Of a stretch of DNA of 37,296 bases, positions 9,713-19,400 are shown in pieces; the stretch's first letter is position 1, and each line of letters opens with the position of its first letter. The translations under genes were made by a program, and so were the position numbers. Under the pieces are notes generated by a model. The model was not told the origin of the DNA. It worked only from the letters and a program-made list of their open reading frames with translations, and searched no databases. Origin of the DNA: Rhizaria sp. SCN 62-66 (taxonomy: Eukaryota); contig MEDY01000310.1 in the NCBI GenBank assembly GCA_001724265.1, forward strand, positions 1-37,296, given 5' to 3'.

Positions 9713-11854
9713 ATGTCTTCGCTCGACGACATCGTTATCCAGCCCATGGAGGATGTGGCCAAGGCCGGCGCCGCCACCGCGTCGTCGGACGTGAAGCAGG
9801 TCCAGATCCGCTTCAAGCCCTCACCCTCGGCCCCGCACTTGCCTGTGGCGCCCGAGACGTCGTTCTCGGTTCCGGTGAACTTGGCACGCCTGGGCCTGTC
9901 GGAGCTACTCAACCACGTCCTGGCGCAGAAGCCCGCGCGCCCGTTCGAGTTCCTCATCTCGAACCGCTTCCTGCGCACCTCGCTGGAGCGCTACCTGACT
10001 GTGAACGGGCTCAGCGGCGAGGCGGAGCTGCAGCTGGAGTACATCGAGGCGCTGCCGCCGCCCGAGAAGGACACCTCGACGCCGCACCCCGACTGGATCG
10101 CGGACGTCGACGCGCGCGTCGGCGCCGGCTTCGCGCTGCTCCCGCTGCCCGCCGCGCAGCCTGACGCCGCCGACGCCAAGAAGGGCAAGAAGGCCGTCCC
10201 GGCCGCCGCCGCAACCGCGGGCCTCGTATCCGCGCAGCCCGCGACGTTCTCGGTCACGGGCTGCTTCGACGGCGTGGTCCGCGTCTGGGCACACCCCGCT
10301 GACTCGGCCGCCGCCGCCGACGCGGCCGCCGCGCCCGCGTGCGTGCTGGCCGGCATGGGCGCGGGCCACCTGGCGCCCGTCAAGGCCGTGCGCGTGCTCC
10401 GCCCCACGCTGCACGACGCCGCCGCCGTGGCCGCCGCAGCGTCGGTGGGCGCGGCCGAGGGTCAGCTCGCGCTCGACGCCGCCTCGGCGCTGCTTGTGTC
10501 GGCCTCGCAGGACCACTCGCTCCGCGTCTGGGAGTTTGCCTCCCCCGCCGCGCCCGCCGCGGGCGCCGACGCGGCCGCCGCGGCCCTGGGCCAGCGCCCT
10601 CGCGCGCCGCGCCCGCTGGCGTGCCGCGCCGTGTGCGACTTCCACACGGGCACGGTCGAGTGCGTCGAGACGCTGCTGACCGCGGCCCAGGCCTCAGGCG
10701 CGGGACTCTCGCTCGCGGGCCGCGTCGCCGCGCCGCGCTTTGTGTCGGGCGGCTTTGAGGGCTCCATCGGCGTGTGGACGCTCTCCAACGACTACCTGAT
10801 CGACGAGGACGAGGTGGCCGCGCAGGTGGCCCTGGTCAAGAAGAGCATGGGCCGCCAGAACGGGCCGCGCCGCCTCACGCCCGGCGTCGCACTCGTCACC
10901 GGCGCCGAGGACGGGACTGGCGACGACGCCGGTGCTGCCGGCGACAAGAAGGGCGGCAAGGCCAGCAAGCGCGCGCGCACGGCCAACGACGACGCGAGCG
11001 GCGACGACGACGACGACGAGGACGCGGAGGAGAAGGGCGACAGCGTGAGTGCGCTCAAGAAGACGCCCTACGCGAGCGTGGCGCACTACCGGCCTGCGTC
11101 GGCGTTTGTGGGCGGGCACAAGTCGGCCGTCACCACGCTCTGCTGGCCGCACGCGCAGCACCTCTACTCGGGTTCGCTCGACTGCACCGTCAAGCACTGG
11201 GATCTCGCCCAGGTACGATCATAACTAACCACGCACATAACTCGCGAATATAACTGAAGTCTCTCATTACAATATCTCTATTTGTATCATCATTTCATCT
11301 GCAAATCTCTCACATCTATACTTGTACTCCTCCCCCTTCGTTCTCCTCCGTCGCAGGGCACCCCCGTGCACACGTGGTCGGGCGGCCACGCCGTCCTGCA
11401 CGTGGACTTCTCGCCCGCGCTGAACCTGCTCGCCTCGGCCGAGCAGGACGGCGCGGTGCGCCTCTGGGACCCGCGCGCCGCCACGGCCGCGGGCGCCGTC
11501 GGCGGGCTCACCACGGCCCCGCGCGGCACGCTCAAGGCCTCGGACGCGTGGTGCGTCCGCGCGCGCTGGGCGCCCGCGGCTGTGGACCTGCCGCACGTGC
11601 TCGCCTCTGTCGGCTACGACGGCGCGGTTAAGTTCTGGGACATCCGCTCGGCCAAGCCGCTGCACGCGGTCAAGACGACGAGCGAGCGCCTCATGGGGCT
11701 CGATTGGGTGCCCGTCTCGGACGACTTTGTCGAGCAGCGCGCCGCCTCTGCCTCGGCCGCCACGGGCGCCGCCACGGTCAAGGCCTACGCGCTGGCCGGC
11801 GGCACGGGCCGCGTGCTCGACCGCGTCGCCTGGACGCTGCCCGTGCACGAGTGA
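9713..11854 (+). CDS. WDR12: Ribosome biogenesis protein WDR12/YTM1 (NLE ubiquitin-like domain + WD40); exons 9713..11212 and 11357..11854
   Basis: The N-terminus QVQIRF...FSVP...GLSELLNHVL...PFEFLISNRFLRTSL...LEYIEA..PP...PHPDWI is typical of YTM1. WD repeats follow (YSGSLDCTVKHWD, VRLWDPR, SVGYDGAVKFWDIRS). GTACGA...CAG intron. Stop TGA. Confidence 0.92.
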
Positions 11855-11976
11855 GCGCGCACGAGTGAGCACGCGCGAGTGAGCGCGCGAGCGCTGAGTG
11901 GGAGCGCGTTCGCAGTGACAGTGAGCACGCTAGCGCCGACCATGAGCGAGCGAGTGACTGTGAGCGAGCGAGCGAG
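11849..11976 (+). repeat. Degenerate GAGTGAGC/GAGC short repeats in the WDR12 3' UTR
   Basis: gagtgagcgcgcacgagtgagcacgcgcgagtgagcgcgcgagc...gagcgagcgagcgag read directly. Confidence 0.6.
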
Positions 11977-12330
11977 GGCTTGACTAGGGAAGTTGGGAGT
12001 TGTTTGTGCTGGTAATAACTGACTCGGGGCCAGGACATGACGAAATGGCTGCTGTTCATGTAGCATCCTCATCCAACAACGGTAATATTCGTGCGAAGAA
12101 TACAAAAACAACATAAATTTATTCTATAGATAACACGTTTCTGTACGATCAATCTCTTTCATAGAGAAGCATATGTCCATTATTCGTTATCGAACACAAC
12201 GAACTTCGTTAAATACAACCGCAGTCAAACGCAACTACCAGACACGCTTGGCTTTGGTTCTTTCATTGTTTCTTCGCTTCACATTGGCATTGCCTCAGCC
12301 TAGCTTTGTTGTGCTTTGCTGCACAGCCGC

Positions 12331-13127
12331 TTAGCCCCAGGGCCACCACCAGCTCCGGCCGCCGGTGCCCGCGCCAGTAACTGCGGCGGCCGCGGGCGTG
12401 ACTGCTGCGGCGGCCGCCTTGGCGGCGGCCTCGGCGCGGGCCTGCTCCTCACCGGTGACGTCGATGCGCGAGAAGTCGAGCAGCTTAAAGAACTTGGGCT
12501 GCGCGCGAAAGGTGAAGACGTGCGGCGTCTCTGCGTCGGCCGCGGCGGTCGCGGCGGCCAGCATCTGCTGGGCCGCCTCGGGCTTCTTGTTGCGCAAACC
12601 GGTGAGGTCAAGGCAGAGGTTGAACTCACGCACGGCGGACTTGAGCCCCACAACGGAGCCGTCGTTGTACATGTCGCGCAGCAGCGCCGAGAGCGTAGCC
12701 GAGTACGCCATCGTGTTGAAGGCCTGCACGCACGAGACGGCGGAGACCTGCGCAGGATCACAAAGAGACACGAAAGATGGGTTTATGTAATAGTTATCAA
12801 AATGAAATAACATAAATGCTGTTTATATATGATTCATATCTGCACAGATGGTTTGATACCAAAGTAGCGCGATTATATCGAGTTTCACGATGCATAAGCG
12901 GCGGTCAGCGCGGAAGGCGCACGTACGTTGTCGGTCTCGTTCCACTGGACGAGCCAGTGCTCGCGCTTGCCGTAGGGCACGCGCTGGAACACGCGCGGGT
13001 CGTCGGGGGACGCGCAGTTAAAATACTCCAGCGAGGCGCTAGACACCGTCGGCGTCGCCGCAGCGCCGGGCGCCGCAGTGGCCGCGGGGGCGTCCTGGGG
13101 CCCGATGGACGCGGGCGCTGAGGACAT
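12331..13127 (-). CDS. Emi1/C22orf39 (DUF3128)-like small protein; exons 13127..12927 and 12747..12331
   Basis: Phase-0 GTACGT...CAG intron and GC3-biased codons. The spacing SCVQAFN...MY.DG...FNLC...HVFTFR resembles the DUF3128 pattern by recollection only. Stop TAA. The gene is solid; the family call is tentative. Confidence 0.55.
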
Positions 13128-13709
13128 TGAGAGAGTCTGCCGATAGGGATAAACACAAAGAGCCGTAATATGAAATAAGTATAGTGTACAAATACTCTTA
13201 GAACAACATATGTGTTAACAAGGAAACTAGTGGTCGATGGGGAAATGTAGAGTTCAAGGTCGCAGTTTGACGAACAAGCCCCTTGCTCTGGCAACCCTTG
13301 GTAACGCTGGACAGTGTAAAACCTCCTTCTTGCAACTCCTCAAAACAGAATATGGACATGAACAGCGAACTGAGCATATCTCATGAAGACATGTATAATG
13401 TATTCGTGGTTAGTCATTGACCGATGCCAGTGGTCTTCAATCAAGCGCAACCAGGGTCACGTACAGTCCCACCGCAAGTCGACTCGACAAACGGACTCGC
13501 AACGGGACGGAGCCCAAGACAGCACGAGATAGCACACACGCAGGCACACATACAAACAGTATTCTCTTCCCTAACAGGCAGCGCAGCGGTTGTCATGATC
13601 GCGTTCGCACCAACTCGCTCGCCTATCGTTCACACATCCTTGCATCACATGCATCACATGATGCATACTCGTACAGAGCACGCAGCACACTTATAGAGCG
13701 CTCGCGCAC

Positions 13710-14443
13710 TTACGCGAGGGCGACGCCGGCCTGCATCTTCTTCTGGACGTCGGCGCCGGTGCCGGCAGCCATGGGCGGGATCGGCGGGACGGGCGAGAGC
13801 ATCTTCTTGCGGAACTCGTCCTGCGTCATGTCCGCGAACTGGTTCACGCCCATCTTGAACGAGCCGTTGTTGGCGTTGTTGCCGCGGATCTTGTCGAGGT
13901 TCTCGCGAAAGATCTTGAAGCGACGGGGCTTCTCATCGGGGGTGTACATCTTCTTGAAGCGGTCGATGAACTTCTTGAACTCTAAACAACACGGAAGGAG
14001 AAGAAATGAAGAGAGGGGAAAAGAGGATACAGAGAAACAAATGTGAGCGCGATTGCAGATATTAAGCGAACTAAAGCAATAACAGCGGTAAAAGATTAGA
14101 AAATACGATGACAACCGAGAGCAGCGCGAGCAGCTCGGGTGGAAAGCGGGGGAAAGCAGGGCAACGTACCGCCCTTGTAGTCGGGCTTGGCCGTGGGGTT
14201 GTCCTCAGCGGCAGGCGCAGAGGGCGCAGAGGGCGCGACGGGAGCCTCGGGGGCGGCGGGGACCGCAGGGGAGGCCGGGGCAACGGGCTCGGCGGGCTTG
14301 GCGTCGGCGACGGGCGCGGGGGGCGCGACGGGGGCCTCGGGGCCGCCGACGATGGGGGCGGGCGGCGCAGGCGCGATCACGACGGGCTCAGCAACGGCCA
14401 GCGCTGCAAGGCACGCCAGCACAAGAAGCAGCAGCTTCATCAT
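13710..14443 (-). CDS. Secreted protein: signal peptide + Pro/Ala-rich linker + cathepsin propeptide inhibitor domain (I29), no protease domain; exons 14443..14170 and 13981..13710
   Basis: MMKLLLLVLACLAALAVA is a signal peptide. EFKKFIDRFKKMY..DEKPRRFKIFRENLDKI...FKMGVNQFADMTQDEF contains ERFNIN-like and GxNxFxD motifs. Phase-1 GTACGT...TAG intron. Stop TAA. Confidence 0.85.
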
Positions 14444-15029
14444 TTGGGTGATACCTAGATGGCATGAACAAGCGATTGCAAAGGTCAGCAGTGAGAAATC
14501 AGCGCTTTGTGAAAGGCAAAATAAGAAGAGAAAAGAATCGTGTGGGAGTTGCTCACTTGGACACATTCCCCAGACTCTACAGCCGTGAAAACAAAGAATT
14601 TGGTCAAAACAGAAATGGAACATGTGCGCAACTATGTTGAAAGCTTCGACAACGAACGACATATCCCAATTACGGCCTCAATACCCACAAAGGTAAGGTC
14701 AAAAAGAAACGTCCTGGTCCCCAATGGTGACTGTGACCGTGAGCACCGCCTAATGTCATGTCGAGTTCGAGAAAAGGTATGGCTCTGTCACCTCACTGCA
14801 TCCGTCAGTGCATATTTAACCCAGTGCTCCGTGACTGCACTTACACTGATCCTCTTCTTTTTTTAAAATCACCTCCACAGCTCCTCTTCTTCCCAGTCTA
14901 GCCGCACCGCGGATCCGTCCACACTTCCTCTCACAGCACTGCGCTGCCGCGCCTCCCTGCCGCGCCGCCTCTCCGCGCTCTTCACCCACGGTCGTTCCTG
15001 ATATAGTTGCAACCGCTGTCCACCGCGAG

Positions 15030-17786
15030 ATGCAGGACCTGAGCAAGCGCGACGACCTGCTCCACAAGGAGGAGCAGATCCTCCTGCGCGTCCCGCACGA
15101 CCTCTCGGTGACGCTCGAGATGTGGCTCAACGACCACACGCGCAGCCAGGAGGACAAGTTCCGCGTCGAAATCTTTGCCGACGGCACGGGCGTGCTGCAC
15201 GTCGGCAAGGACGTGTACCGCGCGAAGCTGGCGAACCTGCCCACGATCGTCGAGTCGCACCGCACCTACGACGGCGCGCTCTTTTACAAGTCGGCCGACA
15301 TCAACCAGGTGCTCATCGTCGAGGGCGGCGAGAAGGCAGACGTCGAGCTCTACAAGGCCGATGTCAAGAGCCTCCACGACGCCGCGGCGGGCAGCGCGGC
15401 CTCTGCCTCTGCCGTTGCCTCGTCCTCGGCCGCAGCCGCGGCCCTGGCCACGGGCGACCTGCCCTTCGCGCTCATGGTGACGGAGTTCCCTGACGGGCCC
15501 GCGCTGCTCGACCACGGGCTCACCATCGCCGCAAGGAACATCCGCCCCGCGCGCTTTAACCGGCCCGTGGAGCCGCCGCAGCCCGTGCTGCGCGAGGCGC
15601 TAGACCGGCTCGCGCTCATCGACCCGCACGGCCAAACGGTGCGTCCTCAATCCTGCTTGCTTGAAGTGGAGATTTAACATGCGAAACAGTATATGTTGTG
15701 AACATTAATATGCTGTTGAAATGTAACTATTTGATGCCTATTATTATATGTACTCTCTTAAAGTCATTTATTTGTTCTATAACTGACGAACTAATTTGGC
15801 GATATATCTTTGTTTTGTGTTATTATAACTTAGGACCACTGCATCTACGAGTACGACATCGTGCCCGCGTCCGAGGCCAAGCGCTTCCTCAAAGAGGAGC
15901 GCGCGCGCAACCGCAACTCGGACCTGGTTGTGCATAGCGACGACGACAGCGACGACGACGACGACGACGAAGACGGCAACGGCAGCGGCCGCCGGAAAGG
16001 CCGCGGCCGCGGTCGCGGCGACGACGACGACGACGACGACGACGAGGCGCACGAAATCCCGCTCGCGATGCAGGGCCAGGTTTTCCGCCGCCAGATCCCT
16101 GCCGCAGGCGCGGGCGCGGGCGCCATCTCCATCCCCGTCTCCACCGGCGTCGTTAGTGCCGGTGCAAGGGGGAACCGCCCCCCGCAGCAGCAGCAGTCGA
16201 GCGGAATGCTCTCGCTCTCGTTCAACTCCTCCGCGCTGCCCGCGGCCGCGCCCTCCGCCGGCGCCAGCTCCGGCGCATTTACCTTACGCATCGGCGCTAT
16301 CGGCGGCGGCTCATCATCTTCATCGTCATCAAGCTCCAACCCCAACGTCACTGCGTCCGGCTCTGCCGGCGGCGGCGGCGGCGGCGGCGGCTACCCGGCC
16401 TTCGGCTCCCTCGCCTCGCCCCCCACGAGCGCCGGCATGGGCAACAACAGCGGCGGCGGCGGCAGTGGCGGCGCGCTGCACCTGGGCTTCCACTCGGCGA
16501 CGTCAGCGCTTCCCGCCGGCGCGGCCTCCGGTGGCGGCGCCAACTCACTCGCCCTCAGCGGCGGCGTCTCAGGCTCGGGCTTTGGCGCGGGCGCGGGCGC
16601 GGGTCTGGGGTTCGGCTTCGGGCTCGGCGGCGGCGCCACCCCGGCCCCCGCGCCCCCCGGCGTCATCAACTTCACTGCTTCCGGCCCTGGCGGCACAGTC
16701 AGCTCTGGCGCCGGCGCCGGCTCTGCGATGGGCATTGGCGTGGGGGCGGCCTCCACCGATATCTTCGCGCGCCCCCGCTCATCGGCGCCTGGCGCGCGCA
16801 GCGGCGGCCGCCGCGGGACCGGCGGGCTCAGCGGCGCCGGCGGCGGCCTCGGCGCCGGCTCGAGCAAGGGCGGCGCGGGGGGTAGGACGCCGCTGCCGGC
16901 GGGCGGGCTGGGCTTCGGCTTCGCGGCGACCCCGCCCATGGACGCGGGCGGCGCCGTGGGCAGCCGCTCCGGCGGCAGGGGCGGCCCGGACGCCAGCGGC
17001 GGAGGCGGCGGCGGCGGCGGGATGGGCGACCGGGGTTGGGAGGACGGCCACCGGACGCCGCAGTTTACCCTTAACCTCGCTGGCGCGCCAAACAACAACA
17101 ACGCCGCCGTGGACAACGCCAACAACGCTAGTAATAAGCCGGTGCGCGGCGCGACGCCCCCGCCGACCTTCACCATGTCGGATGAAGCGCCCCCAGATAG
17201 CCTGACCGCCGCTGCGGCGGAGGGCGGCGGCCTGACTTTGGGCGCGCTCGCCGGCGGCGGCCTAACTTTGGGCGCCGTGGCCGCGAGCGTGGGCGGGTCC
17301 GACTCGGCCGCGGCGGCCACAATGGCCGCGCTGACCTCGGCCGCGGCCGCGGCAGCGCCCTCGGCGGCCTCCGCGGCCGCCGCGGCAGCGGCCGCGGCAG
17401 CGGCTGAGGCCGACGCCAGCACCGGCGCTGACGCTGGCGCTGGCGCTGGCTTTGGTAGCCCTGTCACTGCTGCCCCTGCTGCAGCAGCTGCGCCCGCGCC
17501 CGCGCCTGCTGCGGAGCCCGCCGCACCCGCAGCGCCCGATGCGCCTGCTGCGCCTGCGATGCCCGCGCCGATGCCAGTCGCGGTCAAGCCCCCCGCGGTT
17601 GTGGCGGCCGAGGCCGAGGTCGCGGCGGCGCAGGAGGCCATCGTGAAGTGCAACGCGGTTATCGCGGCGCCCAAGAACAAGATCTTCCTTAAGCGCGCGG
17701 AGACCGAGCTTGTCGCGGCGCAGACGGCGCTGGCCGCTGCGGAAGCCAAGCTGGCGGCCGCCATTGCAGCCGCGGGCGCACAGTGA
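15030..17786 (+). CDS. TAF7: TFIID subunit TAF7 (TAFII55 N-terminal domain) with long low-complexity C-terminal region; exons 15030..15638 and 15834..17786
   Basis: Motifs EEQILLRVP, AKLANLPTIVESHRTYD...FYKSADINQVLIV and HGLTIAARNIRPARF. The C-terminal helix PKNKIFLKRAETEL resembles the Taf7 coiled coil. Phase-0 GTGCGT...TAG intron. Stop TGA. Confidence 0.9.
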
Positions 17787-18099
17787 AGCACACGCTGGCG
17801 TCGTGCGCACGCTGAGTTAATGAATATATTACAATATTTATACATAGTTCAACTGAAGAAAATTCACAATAAACACTTATTTTACATCTTCAACTCAATT
17901 TGATATTCTCTTAACAGGGGTGGTGCTATTGTATTCGGATTAAGGCGGTGACTTGCGTAACAAAGCAAGCCAAGAACTAATCTTCGAAATAAAACTTAAT
18001 GTAAACTACGTAATTGTTTTCGCAACAAAACAAGAAATCATATAAACAGAAAAAGTTTCTCTGATCTGCTGCTGTACTCGATGCTCCCAACCAACAAGC

Positions 18100-18969
18100 T
18101 TAAGAGCGGTCGACGAGGATCTTCTGGATCTGCTGCATCTTGCCCAGCAGCTCCTTAACCTTGGCCTTATCCATCTCGAACTGCAGCGTCGACGCTGCGC
18201 CAGACTCGTCGTGCGTCTAATGAAAACAAGGACAAAAACAACAATCGCAGCGAATATGCAAAGAAGGATGACATTGGAGTGAGAATAAGTTGGGTGATTT
18301 GAAACAAGACAAATCGATAAAGTGTGTTGTTGGCGCCAAGTAAACAAAGCGCGTACCTTGAGCTGCATGAGCGCGACGGGCTCCATCATGCCGGCCTCGT
18401 CTGCGCCATGCTGCTGCTGCTGCTGCGCGCCGGCGGAGAGGAGGTCGACGCGCCAGTTGACGCCCTCGAGCGTGTTGTTCCAGATCGAGCGCTGGACCAG
18501 GAACTCGTGCGCGGTGGCCTGCTCGGCCTTCCACACCTTGGCCCAGGCCGCCGTGTCGGCGTCAGCCGTGACGCCCAGCGCGGCGAGGTGCGCGGATAGC
18601 TCCTGCCAGCCCCAGGCCTGCGAGGCGGCGTGACGGAACACGGCCGCGTACTCGGCCAGCAACGCCTGCACCTCGCCCAGAGACTTGTCGGGGAAGACAG
18701 AGTCCTTAACGTCCGCCGCGGTCACGCCGGAGTCCTTGTAGAAGCTGCGGGGCGCGTGGGGCGGGGCGGAAACGAGCGGGTTGGGATGAAAGAGGGGGAA
18801 AGCAAGTGTGAGGGTGGGAACGGACAAGATTTGAAGAGGTTAGTGAATAGTCTATAGTGTGTGGGCAAGCTAGGCTAAAAAATGGGAGAATTACGTACGT
18901 GATCTTGCAGACACCGTTCAGGAAGGCAAAGAGGAGCTTGCCATTGAGCTCAAGCGGGGTAAGGCTCAT
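18100..18969 (-). CDS. COMMD1: COMM domain-containing protein 1; exons 18969..18899, 18744..18357 and 18216..18100
   Basis: The spliced product GKLLFAFLNGVCKITFYKDSGVT...VFP...KVWK...SIWNNTLEGVNWRVD...PVALMQLK...LQFEMDKAKVKELL parallels COMMD1 (GKPLSGLLNAL...SRWN...SWRVD). Two canonical introns. Stop TAA. Confidence 0.88.
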
Positions 18970-19305
18970 GTGTGGCAACCGAGATCTCGGCGGAGAAGAG
19001 CCCGCGCCTGAAAGGAGAGCAAGAACACAGTAGTGAGAATTACATAAATGAGTTTAAAGATAACACAGCAAAATCTAACGTATGGTGCAACTATCACATC
19101 CAATGACGGAGTTTACACGGCAGGCCAGACAGGTTCTCTGCTTGCCCTCGTCGCCTCGTTCAGTTCTTGTTGCTTTCTTGGCAGCTCGAGCTTTTTTGAG
19201 AACCGCGTTTGGACCACCACAAACCGCAAATCGTCCCACTCAGAGGACAAACAGAGGGATTTATTTTGGCGTTGCTACCGTCCAGTAGTGTCAACAAAGA
19301 ACAAG

Positions 19306-19400
19306 GTAGGCTATTTCTGTCGCCCGCATTTCGTGCGCAAGTCGGTTACCCCCCTTGTATCTTCCTACACGGGTTTTGGAGCCCTTCACTATCGACCCAG
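19306..19400 (+). other. Probable 5'-UTR intron ending immediately before the TMC start codon
   Basis: AAG|GTAGGC donor at 19306 and a pyrimidine-rich tract ending CCCAG directly followed by ATG at 19401. Confidence 0.5.
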
